Source of the DNA: the human T2T-CHM13v2.0 reference genome, Homo sapiens
Assembly: GCF_009914755.1 (NCBI RefSeq)
Contig: NC_060927.1
Direction: 5' to 3' (one strand)
DNA: 64,000 nucleotides
Shown here piece by piece: positions 14,343-29,366 of the stretch (position 1 is the stretch's first letter; each line of letters opens with the position of its first letter). A model generated the notes under the pieces. It was not told the origin of the DNA and did no database searches. It saw only the letters and a program-made list of their open reading frames with translations. Both the position numbers and the translations under genes were made by a program.

Positions 14343-14719
14343 TTTCTTTATTTTGATTTTTCAAAGGCAATAAAGAGTGAATAGAATAACCAGCTAAAAA
14401 GGAGGAAAGGAGTTTTTGTTGTCATTTGGTTTTATTCTTTAAAAGAAGAATATCACCTTATTCTATCAGATATAGATTGAAATTTAGACATTTTTACATA
14501 AATATTTTATGCATCACTTTATAGTTAACTTCTAAGTACTTCTAAATTTTTGTTAATATTGTGAATGGTCATTCTTTTTATGAAAGATTTGGAAGAAAAA
14601 ATGTGTAGTAAAAACTGAAAGAGTGAAAATTACCAGTATTTGTAGATACGATAAACATTAACATAGAAAACCTCAAAACAGTAATAGAGTATTGAACTAC
14701 TGAAACAAATAAATGAGGA

Positions 14720-16487
14720 GTAGAATGTCCAGAATATTTGAGTGAAAAATGGGAAGTTCTCTCCCCAAAATGCATGAAGATAAAACTGAGCAAAATTGTC
14801 AAACACAATCATTTAAATATCTTAAAACTTGACAAAAGTAATAAAATAATTTAAGATGCATGTCTACTAAATCTTGGGAACAAAATTGAAAGTCTGTGGT
14901 GATTTCGCCTCACACTGCTTTGGTATTTCCCCTTCCAGCTTCATAGAATGAAAATTTTGTATGGAAATTCTAACGAGGCAGACAGAGCAAGCTGTGATGT
15001 CTGGCAGGTCTCTTGCCCTGTCTGATGGGAATGACTTTATTTGGAGTAGAACATGAAAAATTCCATGCCTAGAAGCCTTATCAAAAATAACAATTTCAAA
15101 GGGCTAACATTGGCAAAGCCCAACATCACAGCTATCCCAAGGTCATAGTAGTATTTGGACAAAGTAGAACTTAACAGGGAGATCGAGTAAGGTAGAGAGA
15201 CAAAGAGGAATTTGCTAAAAACCTACTTATCTCTGGCATTCTGGAAACCTGTGCACGTATGAAAGGTTAAGCCCATTTAGGCGAGATTAGAAAGGGCTTT
15301 GACAAGCTGTTCATCTCTAGCTGAGTATAATGTCCTGAGAATGCAGAAACATAAAATGGGAAAGATTTGAAAAGTGCCTGAATTTTGAAACCACTTCTGA
15401 AGCCATGTACAGATTCATTGACAATGTGTATAAGCCTTTCTGGAACGAGCTGGTAAGTAAAATCTCTGACCTATCACTGGCTTTCCACTAAGGTATGCTA
15501 ACCCAGAGATAACCCTAGGAAGCCAAGGCTAGAGATAAAAACAAGAATTAAAAAGTAATTGAGAGGAGACACCAGAGGGTATATACCATGAAAGAAACAG
15601 TCCAAATAATTAATCTAGGTAATTCACTATATAAACAACTAAGAAACCAACACCAGATTAGGGGAGAGAACTCAGAGTGAATATAATAAATTATTTTCAA
15701 ATTAAAGTTTTTAACAACAACAAGTTAAGAGACATGCAGAGAAACAAGAAGATGTGACTCCACAGAGGAAAAAGAGCAGATAATCAAAATTGTTTCTGAA
15801 ATGACCACCGAGGTAAACTTAGCAAAGACTTCAAAACAACTGTTATGCATCTGTTCAAACAACTAAAGGAAACCACGTTTAAAATTTTAAGGAAACTTTA
15901 ATGACAATAATTTATAAAATAGATAATATCAATAAATAGAAAATGTAAAAAAAAATCAAGTAGAAATTCTGGGAAAAAGAATGAAGAAAAATAAAAAGAT
16001 TTCGAAAGACATCAATGTATATATGCAATGGAATTTCCATAAGAAGAGAAAAAAGAAACAGACACAAAATATTTGAATAATGACAAAATATTCCACAGAT
16101 TTGATGAAAAATGTTCATTTACTTACTTCAAACCTCAATTTTGAGTCACATAAATATACATGTATATATTCCTAGACTGATCATAGTATAACTTGAAAGA
16201 CAAAGACAAAGAAAAACAATTTTGAAAGCAGCCAGAGAAAAAAGCACTTGTCATATCTAAAGAAACTGTAATAAGACTGATGGCTAACTTCTCATCAGGT
16301 ACAATAGAGGCCAGAAGAAAGTGAGATGACAGGTTCAAAGTGCTAAAGAAAGCTCTGTCAACCAAGATTTCTATATCTAGCAAAAGTATCCTTCAAAAAT
16401 GAAAGGAAAATAATGGTATTTTCAGAAAACAAAGGCCAAGAAAATTTGTTGCTAGAAGATCTGCCTGACAATAAATACTAAAGAAGA
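14720..16487 (+). mobile_element. Old L1M 5' UTR/ORF1 region
   Basis: Degenerate ORF1 C-terminal motifs aagcagccagagaaaaa, gaggccagaagaaagtg, tccttcaaaaatgaaagg; continues after the L1PA7 insertion. Confidence 0.65.
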
Positions 16488-18030
16488 TTTCTCAGAATTA
16501 GAAAAAAACTACTTTAAATTTAATATGGAACCAGAAAAGAGCCTTTATAGGCAAGACAATCCTAAGCAAAAAGAACAAAGCTGGAGGCATCAGGCTACCT
16601 TACTTCAAACTATACTACAAGGCTATAGTAACCAAAACAGCATGATACTTGTACCAAAACAGATATATAGACCAATGGAATGCAACAGAGCCCTCAGAAA
16701 TAATGCCACACATCTACAACCATCTGATCTTTAACAAACCTGACAAAAACAAGTAATGGGGAAAGGATTCCGTACTTAATAAATAGTGTTGGGAAAAGTG
16801 GCTAGCCATATGCGGAAAACTGAAACTGGACCCCGTCCTTACACCTTACACAAAAATTAACTCAAGATGGATTAAAGACATAAATGTAAGACCTAAAACC
16901 ATAAAAAAGATAGAAGAAAATCTAGGCAATACCATTCAGGACATAGGCATGGGCAAAGACTTCATGACTAAAACACCAAAAGCAATGGCAACAAAAGTCA
17001 AAATTGACAAGTGGGATCTAATTAAACTAAAGAGCTTCTGCATAGGAAAAGAAACTATCATCAGAGTGAATAGGCAACCTACAGAATGGGAGAACATTTT
17101 TGCAATCTATCCATCTGACAAAGGGCTAATATCCAGAGTCTACAAAGAACTTTCACAAATTTACAAGAATAAAAACAAACAACTCCATCAAAAAGTGGGC
17201 AAAGGATATGAACAGACACTTCCCAAAAGAAGACATTTATGAAGCCAAGAAACATATGAAAAAAGCTCATCCTCACCAATCATTAGAGAAATGCAAATCA
17301 AAACCACAATGAGATACCATCTCATGCCAGTTAGAATGGCGATCATTAAAAAGTCAGGAAACAGCAGATGCTAGAGAGGATGTGGAGAAATAGGAATGCT
17401 ATTACACTGTTGCTGGGAGCGTAAATTAGTTCAACCATTGTGGAAGACAGTGTAGCAATTCCTCAAGGATCTAGAACCAGAAATACCATTTGACCCAGCA
17501 ATTCCATTACTGGGTATATACCCAAAAGATTATAAATGATTCTACTATAAAGACACATGCACACGTATGTTTATTGCAGCACTATTCACAACAGCAATGA
17601 CTTGGAACCAACCCAAATGCCCATCAGTTATAGACTGGATAAAGAAAATGTGGCACATATACACCATGGAATACTATGCAGTCATAAAAAAGGATGAATT
17701 TACGTCCTTTGCAGGGACATGGATGAAGCTGGAAACCATCATTCTCAGCAAACTAACACAGGAACAGAAAACCAAACACTGCATGTTCTCACTCGTAAGT
17801 GAAAGTTGAACAATGAGAACACATGGACACAGGAAGGGGAACATCACACACTGGGGCCTGTCGAGGGGTGGGGGGCTAAGAGAGAGATAGCATTAGGAGA
17901 AATACCTAATGTAGGAGAAGGGTTGATAGGTTCAGCAAACCACCATGGCACGTGTATACCTACGTAACAAACCTGCAGGTTCTGCGCATGTATCCCAGAA
18001 CTTAAAGTATAATAGAAAAGAAAAGAAAAG
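16488..18030 (+). mobile_element. 5'-truncated L1PA7-like element
   Basis: ORF2 C-terminal fragments ([16 protein letters not shown]..., MFIAALFT...), 3' UTR ggagaaatacctaatgtag...aacttaaagtataat, GAAAA-type tail. Confidence 0.93.
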
Positions 18031-19310
18031 AAGTGACACCAGATGACAATTTGAATCCAGATGAAAAAATAAAGATCACTAGGAAGGCTAATTACATGAG
18101 TAATCATAAAAAGGAGTATAAGTATAGATTTACCTTTTTTTCTCTTCATTTATTTGAAAGACAAGTATGTAAAGCAATAATTATCAAAGGGTACTGTTTA
18201 GGCTAATATAAAGAGGTGATAGATGAGACAATGATATCACAAAGGACGTGGGTGGAAATTGAGTTGTATAGGAACAACGAATTGCTACCAGATTGTCAGT
18301 CAAATACACAAGAAAAAAATACAATCTATAAAAAATAATTAGGCTCTGTCAAAATTAAAAACTTTTTTATTTCCAAAAATAACATTCAGAAAATAAAAAG
18401 ATAAGCCATACACTGTTAGAAAATATTTGCAAATTATATGCCTGATAAAGAAAATTTACCTGGAATATATAAGGAAAGCTTATGACTCAATACTATGACA
18501 AACAGTGGTTTAAAACAATCAAATTACTTGAATAGCCGTTTCACAAAAGATTACATAAAATGGTCAATAAGCACATGAAAGTGTGCTTAACATTTTTTGC
18601 CATTAAGAAAATGCATATGAAAACCACATCTTGTAAAATGACTGTAACAAAAACGACAAGCAATAGCAAGACTTGTCAAGCATGTGGAAAAACTGGAACT
18701 CTCGTACAGTCTTCATTGGAATGTAAAATTTTGCAGCTACCTTGGAAAACAGCTTGAAAGTTTTATAAAATGTTAAACATACTTTGCTATAGGACCCAGA
18801 AATATCACTCCCAGATTTCTACCAAATAGAAATAAAAACATATGTGCATATAGAGACCTGTATATGAGTGTTCATAATGGCATTTTAAATAATGGTCAAA
18901 AAGTGAAAACTATCCAAATGTTTATCAAGGGTGAATTGGGTGGATAAAATGTGATATATCCATGTAATGGAATATTATTAATCAATCAAATGGATAGAAT
19001 ACTGATACATAATACAACATGGATGAACTTCAAAAGATTATGCTAAGTGGAAGAAGACAGACACAAAATTACACATGTAATTCCACTTATATGAAATTTC
19101 CATATATGAAATAGTCAAATCTATAGTGACTGACAGAAAGTAGGTTAGCAGATGCATGGAGCTGGGTAAGAGAGAGTAAGTGAAAATTGGGGTAAAGAAA
19201 ACATTCTAACTTTTCTTGCGCTTATGGTTGTACAGTTTTGTACATTTAACAAAAATTTACTAAATTGAATATTCAAAGTGAATTAATTATATGATATGCA
19301 AATCATATTC
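18031..19310 (+). mobile_element. Old L1M continuation (ORF1 end; ORF2 3' end and 3' UTR)
   Basis: tgacaccagatgacaatttgaatcca; caacatggatgaacttcaaaagattatgctaagtggaagaag. Confidence 0.65.
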
Positions 19311-19312
19311 TA

Positions 19313-19680
19313 TGTGGTAGCCTGAATAGTGATATCCAAAGGCATAGAGATCCTAATCCCCTGTAACTATAAATGTTATATATAGCAAGTGGGACTTTAT
19401 AGGTGTGATCAGATTAATAATTTTGAGATTTAGAGATTGTCCTGGATTATTCAGGTTACATCTAATTGTAAACACATTACGTCTAAGTGTCTTTAAAAAA
19501 TGAAGGCGGAGAGTATTTTGATGACAGAATTAGAGAAGGCAATGTGATGATAAAAGCAGAGATTGGAATGATGAGGCCACAAGCCAGGGAATGCCAGCAG
19601 CCACCAGAAGTATGAAGAAACAAGAAACAGATTATCCCCGGGAGCCTCTGAAAAAAGCCAGCCCTGCCAACACCTTGACT
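19313..19680 (+). mobile_element. MLT1C/D-like LTR, 3'-truncated
   Basis: tgtggtagcctgaatagt...ccacaagccagggaatgccagcagccaccagaag...ccctgccaacaccttga, then an abrupt switch to L1. Confidence 0.8.
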
Positions 19681-19761
19681 CTGTGATATTGGTGAAAGAA
19701 TAGATATATAAATCAATAGAACAGAATCCAGAATCCAGAAGCAAACTCCCAGAGGTATGTC

Positions 19762-20189
19762 TGTCTTGGTTCATTTCGTGCTGCCCTAACAGAATACCTG
19801 AGGCTGGGTAAGAGAAGAAGTTTATTTCTCTCAATTTTTGTGGAAAGTCTAAGAGCATGACAGCAACACCTGCTCAGTTTCTGGTGAGGTCTGTATCTTG
19901 TGATAAGACATGACAGAGAAACAAATCAGCCTGTAGGCATGTACAAAGAACGAGAGGACCAAGGCAACTGACCCACTTTATAACATTCTACTCTAGCAGT
20001 AACTTACTCAGTCCTGAGAGAGAAATAACTCACTCATTTATTCTTCCAAAACTGCATTTATCCTTTTGTGAGGGTGGATCACGTATGACCCAAATGCCTC
20101 TTAAAGATGTTTCCACCTAACACATCTGCATTGGGTACCAAGCCTCCACATGAGTTTGGATGACAACAAACCATATTCAAATCATAGCA
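19762..20189 (-). mobile_element. MST (MSTB-like) solo LTR
   Basis: tgtcttggttcatttcgtgctgc...acagaatacctgaggctgggta...attcaaatcatagca; TSD atgtc/atgac. Confidence 0.85.
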
Positions 20190-20806
20190 ATGACCAACTG
20201 ATATTTGTCAGAAGTGAGAAAACAATTTGATGGGAAAAGACTCACTTTTTCAACAAATGACACTGAAGCAATTGCATATCCCCATGCAAAAAATAATGAT
20301 CCTCAACATAGTTCTCACACTTTATACAAAAGGTTCTTGGACATAAGTATGTAATGTAAAACTATGAAACTTTTAGAAAGAAACAAAGAAAAAATCTTTG
20401 AGACTTAGAACTAGCAAGGAGTTTTTGGGCTGAGCACCAAAAGCATGACTTATAAATGAAAATATTAATAAATTATACACCATCAAAATTGGAAAATTTT
20501 ACTCTGCATAGACCATGTTAATAGGATGAAAAAATGTTACTGAATGGAAAAAAAATTGGCAAACTGTATATCTGACTAAGACTGGTATCTTCAATATACA
20601 AAGAACTCTCAAAAGTCAACAGAAAAAAATGTTTAAATTTTATTATAAAATAGGCAAAAGAAATAAAGAGATATTTCATTGTATATAGTATAAAAGGCAA
20701 ATAATGTTATAAAAATACTTATCATCATTAGCCATTAGGGAAATGCAAATTAAAACCACAGTTAGAGATCACTATTTATTTAACAGAAAGGCTAAAATAG
20801 AGAACA

Positions 20807-20985
20807 CAGTTTTGTGATGTATAGTGAAATTTTAGTCAACAATGGATTGCATATACAATGGTGGTCTTTTATGATTACAATGGAGCTGAAAAATTTCTAT
20901 TGCCCAGTGAAGTCATAGTCATTGAAACATCCCAGTGCAATGCTTTACTCATGTGTTTGTAGTGATACTGATGTAAAAAAAACTA
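20807..20985 (+). mobile_element. Tigger3a/Golem MITE, left half
   Basis: gcatatacaatggtggtc...aatggagctgaaaaatttctattgcccagtga...ttactcatgtgtttgtagtgat. Confidence 0.75.
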
Positions 20986-21659
20986 AACATGTAGCTACAT
21001 ATAACCCAGAAATATCACTCCTGGGCATTTATCTCAGAGAGATAAATACATACGTTCACACAAAAAAAAAACCTATACAAGGATATTTGTATCAGCTTTA
21101 TTTTGAATTGCTGCAAACTGAAAACAACTCAGATATCTTTCAATGGATGAATGATAAAAATAATAAAAAAAAAACTGCGTTATAACCATACTATGAAATG
21201 CCTCTCTTCAATAACCAGAAATAAACTATTGATATACACAGCAACCTCATTGAATATCCAAAGAATTATATTGAATTAAAGAAGCTATTACATACTGTAA
21301 AATTACAGTATGTGAAAGAATTACATACTGTAAAATTCCACTTGTAAAACTTTCTTGAAATGATAAAATTATAGAAATGAAGTCAAGATTAGTGGTTGCC
21401 AGTTGTTAAAAGGGGAGTGAATGGAGGAGAGAAATAGTTGTGGCTATGTAAGAGCAATATGGGAGATCCCTGTGGTGATGGAACTGTTCTACATGTTGGT
21501 GCATCAATGTCAATATTCTGGCTGTGAGATTATTCCACAGTTTTGTAAGATGTTACCACTAGGAGAAACTGAGTACAGAGTATATGGAATGTCTATTATT
21601 TTTTACAATTGCATGTGAATCTATGATAATCTCAAAATAAAAATTTTAACGAAAATTTA

Positions 21660-23778
21660 TTGAAGAAAAGAGAATGAAGGAACAAATCAGAAAATGGGAG
21701 AATCTATTTGTAGTTTATATATCTAATAAAATTTCCACCAGGGATATAACAAACTCCTGCACATCAATGAGAAAAAGACTGACAATTCAGAAAATAAAAA
21801 CTGAGTAAGAAACTTGAATATGTCTTTCACAACAAGGATAGAAACATAATTAATAAACATACAAAAAAGTGTTCAATCTCATTAATAGGCAAATACAAAT
21901 CATAGTCTAATCTTTATACCACTGCGTATGACCAGAATGGTTGAATTACCACGCTTGACAATGCTGAATATTGGTGAGGATGTGGAGCAACAACTCGTAA
22001 ACATTGTTAGTGGGAGTGGAAGTAACTATTTTGTAAAGCTGTTAAAGATCATTAACTGTAATTGTACATTTGTCACCAAGTAATTTCACTTCTAAGTATT
22101 AATCCACAAGGATGAATGCATATGTGATTACTTAGAAGACTATTTTTGTAATCATTCTAAACTGGAAAAAAACAAATGTCTTTCCATGTTAGAAAATATC
22201 ACATATTATGATATATTCATATAATAAAATCCTGAATATGTCAGCAATGATAATGAACAAGCAATAATCACATATAACAGCAGGAATTAATGTTACACAT
22301 ATAATATTGAGGGAAAGAAGCATCAACAGACATATTGTGTCCTTCTTATAAAAAGGCCAAAACTAGGCAAGACTAAATTGCAGCATAGAATTCAGGTTGT
22401 TACCTTTGGTGTTCGAATAGACATTTGGAGTAGCATTAAAAAAACTTCTGGATTATTAGAAATATTGTGTTTCACACCTCTGTGCTTACTTTTGTTCATT
22501 CATTGTGCTATATATTAATCATTTTTGTACCTTTATATATGTATGCTACACTTCAATGAAAATATGAAAAATATAAGTCAATAGTTGGACACAAAGCATA
22601 CCTTTATCAAGTAAAAATATTAACCATTTATTCAAATACAATTGAATATAACTGTTGAATCATTGGAATTTTAAAAGCATTTTATCATGTATCATTTGGA
22701 ACATAATAGTAATTAAAAATGAGATTACAAAACCTTTTGGAAGCAACAAAAGGTGGAACATGTCATTATCATAATTTTGAGTCACAGAACAATCTCTACT
22801 TATAGGACAAGGTATTATATATGTGCTTATATTAGAAAGCAGTATGACTAAAACTTTAAAAATAATTACTCATTTAAAATTTTTAATAATACATCCAAGA
22901 CAAAAGGAAGCACAAGCATATAACTGAATTTAATAAAGCAAGAATAATAAATTATACAAAGTTTGGGTGAGTACAGTATTTTTCTTTTGAAAAGATGAAG
23001 AAAATAGGTATATCCCACATGAACTCAGGGTAAAAAGAGAGAAACAATATAGATTAGTCATGCAAAAGACAGACATTTTCAAAGGTAAAATGGAAATACT
23101 ACTCTTAACTCTTTGGAAACAAATTTGAAAGGCTAGAGAAAACGGAGCGTTTTCTACCTAAATTTAAATTATTAAAATAAACCCAGGATCATGAAGAAAA
23201 CTTGAAAAGACGTTTAAGAATGCGAAGATAATTAAAGATCAACCTTAAAACAAACACTATCACCTGACTTTTTCACAACTGATTTCTTTCTCATGTTTAA
23301 TGGGTTTTTAGAACTTCAAATACTATTTAAGGTATATTTAATAATAGACAAGACAGAAATCTCCTAATTAATTTTATGAGGCTAAAAAAAAGCATCGAAA
23401 AATTATAATCTCATTTACATATATTGAAATGTAAATTTTAAACACAATTCATTGCAGACTTAAACTGATAAAACTTTAACATAATACATTTAAGAGGAAA
23501 ATACGTACAAGTAACTAATAAAAAGAAAACTACAGACATCTTATTGAAGGACATAAAACAATATTGAAAATGCAAAGTAAATAATTTTCTTGGGTGGAAA
23601 AAATACAATAAAAGTGTAAATTTTTCCAACATTAATATATAAATTTGATATAATTTTATTTAGGATATCTAAACTATTCTTTCATGTTTTAGCGTTAAAT
23701 GGTACTAAATTTTAACTGTAAGAATAGATAGAAAAAGAACAGTAGGAGCAAGTAGTATGTAGTAGTGAATATGAGACT
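21660..23778 (+). mobile_element. Highly diverged L1ME-type fragments
   Basis: ttggtgaggatgtggagcaac, cagcaatgataatgaacaa and A-rich ORF2-like sequence; the last piece resumes at ~24468. Confidence 0.5.
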
Positions 23779-23782
23779 TTTT

Positions 23783-23880
23783 AAAGTGAAAGTAAATTTA
23801 TTAAGAAACTAAAGGCATAAAACAATGCCTACTATATATGCAGAGCAGCCCCAAGGCCTGCTGGTTGCCCATTTTTATGA
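23783..23880 (-). mobile_element. MER41-like (ERV1) LTR fragment ending just after its poly(A) signal
   Basis: Minus strand CATAAAAATGGGCAACCAGCAGGCCTTGGGGCTGCTCTG...CTTAATAAATTTACTTTCACTTT then A5; U5 absent. Confidence 0.8.
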
Positions 23881-24470
23881 TTTAAAAAAAAATTTTTTAT
23901 TTCCATAGGTTTTTGGTGAACAGGTGGTATTTAGTTAGTTCCTTAATGGTGTAAGTTCCTTAATGGTGAGTAAGTTCCTTAATGGTAAGTTCCTTAATGG
24001 TGATTTGGGAGATTTTGGTGTACCAATCGTCTGGGCAGCATACCCTGAACTCCATTTGTAGTCTTTCATCTCTCACCACCCCCTACGCTTTGCCCCAAGT
24101 CCCCAAAGTTCATTGTATCATTCCTATGCCTTTGCATCCTCATAGCTTAGCTCTCACTTATGAGTGAGAACATACAGTGTTTGGTTTTACATTCCTGAGT
24201 TATTTCACTTAGAATAATAGTCTCCAGTTCCATCTAGGTTACTGTGAATACCATTAATTCCTTCCTTTTTATGGTTGAGTAGTATTCCATCGTGTATATA
24301 TGCCACAATTTCTTTATCCATTTGTTGATTGATGGGCATTTGGACTGGTTCCATGTTTTTGGAATTGCAAATTGTGCTGCTATAACATGCATGTGCAAAT
24401 ATCTTTTTCATATAACAACTTTTCCTCTGGGTAGATGCCCAGTAGTGGGATTACTGGATCAAATGGTAGA
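23881..24470 (-). mobile_element. 5'-truncated L1PB1-like element
   Basis: tttccataggtttttggtgaacaggtggtattt; cccaagtccccaaagttcattgtatcattcctatgcctttgcatcctcatagcttagctc. Confidence 0.88.
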
Positions 24471-24850
24471 CTATATTTTAAAGCCACTGTAATCAAAGCA
24501 ACGTGGTATTGACAAAGGGCTTGGAAAGATGTAAGAAAGAAAATCCAGAAGTATATTACACTATATATGAGACTTTATTGATAATAAAAACATTGAATTT
24601 AACAGGTTGTCTCAATAGACTATTCCACAGAAAGATTAGATTATGTATCACATTTCATATGTAAAAAAGTATTTCTAGATGAAATAAAGACATTTTACTT
24701 AAATTAGTAAACATCTTTGATGACTACTTAATAAAATCTATGGATGGGACAAATGTTAAGTAAAAATGTATGTACAAACACACAGTTTTGTTATATATTT
24801 CAATTCTTTAGAGAATTGTCCTTCACAGAAAAAAAATTAAATGTTTATGT
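24468..24850 (+). mobile_element. L1ME-type host element, continuation
   Basis: ctatattttaaagccactgtaatcaaagcaacgtggtattg continues the ORF2-like sequence interrupted at 23778. Confidence 0.5.
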
Positions 24851-25877
24851 CCTAAGAATTTATCCAAGGCCAATAAAATGACTTTTTAATCAGAGGAAGT
24901 ACATCTTTAGAAACAGGACCCTGGGCTTTTCAGCAACTTCCTTGTGGCAGATGTCAGGCAACTTTAATAATAATGAACTTTTCTTTGAAAGATCATTATT
25001 GCATTTTTGTTTCTTCTTGTCTTTGTCTATATTTTCTTGGCTCTGTTATTGGAATGCCCTCTGGGCTCTAGTTCTCTGGTTTGCCCTTGCTCAGACTTCA
25101 TAAGGTGGCTAGTCTCTGGCTCTGCTTTCATATTAGACCAGTCTTTGAATATCTGCTCTTTTGCTCCTTTGGTGTAATATAACTTTCATTTGCAGTAATA
25201 CTTAAGGGACATCAAAATGAATGCTAGTTCTAAGTAACACTACTAAGAACTTTGAGCAACTCAAATACAAGGAGCATCTCACCCATCCTAATGAAAAATT
25301 CTTCACTGATAATAAACAATGTTTTAAATAAAGAGGTGCTGCCTTGTGGGACCATTTCTTCCTATGCAAGGAGCATTCTCATAACACAACAAATTTCTTC
25401 TTTCTGTCACATAAAAACCCAGTCCCCCGAAAGAGTGGCTTAGTGAATTTCTTCACTGCCGTGTTTTCATGCCTGGCAAATATATAATTCTGTTGTCACT
25501 GACTTGATTACTATAGCCTTTTTTTACTCCCTTTAAATACAATTTATTGTAAACTTGATATGCATGATACTCATGTCAATTCTGATGGTTTGTAAGGACC
25601 CGAATATGCTATGGAGTAGAGTTTCAGGTAGATGTGCAACCTATCATTTTGAGAATATTTCTATCTTTGCAAAAACATCTCAGCAAAACTATATACTATG
25701 TTCCTGAGTAATTCTAAAACATAGACTCATTCTATAAATTCTCACTTAAATTCAGTGCCAGAACAAACATTACTGCTTGCTTACACCAATCAAAAATATA
25801 TTAACCTGCTGAATTTATTGCTCATCTCTGCTCAAAACCCCATTTTGCATGTATGGTAGTATTTATTCCTCTATGTC

Positions 25878-27632
<1,755 letters not shown>

Positions 27633-28038
27633 CCTCCTGTATGTCCTCTATGTCTTTTAAGTATTTGTATATTGTCTTATCTTCAATGTTTCTGTTGATA
27701 ATACGTTTAAGTCTTGGGGTTACCTTATAACTTCATGTATAGTAGGTGAATCTTAAAATTTATGTAAGGACTTAAATATGTCCCTTTTTTTGTTTATCAC
27801 TAGAAGACTGTTTGTGTTACTTTGACTGACATTACAAGCCAAATCAGCTGGTGTGACTGTAAATAGACAGGATATTAATATGGGCTACAAAAGAAGACAT
27901 ATGAGTCTAATAATGTTGATGCTTCTTCTAGAAGAAAATGTCCCTTATTCTTATGTGTCCTAGTTAACTTTGTCTTTTTTCTAGCCTACGAATGTACTAG
28001 AGTGGCAAGGCTTTACATTCAAATGACCATATTAAGTT

Positions 28039-28064
28039 GTGTGTGTGTGTGTGTGTGTGTGTGT
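28039..28064. repeat. (GT)13 microsatellite
   Basis: Direct reading. Confidence 0.95.
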
Positions 28065-28199
28065 ACTAAAATTAAAAACATTTTATTTTAAATCTTCAAT
28101 AAATTCAAAGTAGCTTTAAATGTTTGAAACCAGCAACTTCGACTCATATATATATTTATTGTGATATTTATACCAATTGTTTTAGAAATAAAATGTTTC

Positions 28200-28489
28200 C
28201 TTTGGGAGGCCAAGGCGGGTGGATAAACTGAGGTCAGGGGTTTGAGACCAGCCTGACCAACATGGTGAAACCCCGTCTCGACTAAAAATACAAAAAATTA
28301 GCTGGGCGTCATGGCACATGCCTGTAATCCCAGCTACTTAGGAGGCTGAGGCAGGATAATTGCTTGAACTGGGGAGGCGTAGGTTACAGTGAGCCGAGAT
28401 AGTGCCATTGCACTCCAACCTGGGTGACAAGAGTGAAACTCTATCAAAAAAAAAAGAAAGAGAGAGAAAGAGAGAAAGAAGAGAGACAA

Positions 28490-28545
<56 letters not shown>

Positions 28546-28565
28546 GAAAAGAAAGAAAGAAAAAA
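28200..28565 (+). mobile_element. 5'-truncated AluS (Sq/Sp-like) with tail expanded into (GAAA)n
   Basis: Starts at tttgggaggcc; gggtgacaagagtgaaact; GA-rich tail 28446-28565; degraded TSD ending gtttc. Confidence 0.93.
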
Positions 28566-28984
28566 GTTTCTGTTGATGTAGAAGAAATATAATTTAACAT
28601 GAGTATGTTTTCTTCTTAATACTGGTTCATAAACTCTTAAATCGTTACCTAATACTGTTCTGTTCTATCATTTTTCTTCCGAGAAATGAGGTGGTTTTAG
28701 ATAATTTTTAAGGTACTTTCCTTTCTGTCTTCTTACTGCCAACAGTTTTTTATTTCTGGTTATTATTTTTCAATGTTCAATTTCATTTGCTACATTATTT
28801 AAATATTATATGTGGGTGGAAATTTCTGTAACCAATGGTTAACTGGTATGTAATAAAAAACAAAACGACTTGGGCATTCAAGGACTATGCTTCAAATATT
28901 TGAGTAATATCTATGGTTTAGTATATTAATTCTAATGTTTGATCACTAAGTAATGCATGACTAAATGCTTTATTGATACAATAA

Positions 28985-29366
<382 letters not shown>

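Larger units (their letters stand above)
19681..21655 (+). mobile_element. L1MC1/2-like ORF2 3' end and 3' UTR
   Basis: gatccctgtggtgatggaactgttct...aagatgttaccactaggagaaactg...gcatgtgaatctatgataatctcaaaataaaa. Confidence 0.75.

Noticed and set aside
23937-24001. CRISPR-like short repeat array
   Set aside because: Linkers are only 1-5 nt, the unit derives from the L1 3' UTR, the context is eukaryotic and there are no cas genes.
23769-24576. 12-bp direct repeat atatgagacttt (23769-23780, 24565-24576) as the TSD of the L1PB1-MER41 insert
   Set aside because: The intervening 24473-24564 looks like the diverged host L1 continuing, so the short agact overlap fits better; not fully excluded.
25260-25460. 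Short dispersed repeats caaggagcat and ttcttcactg
   Set aside because: Too short and irregularly spaced to distinguish from chance.
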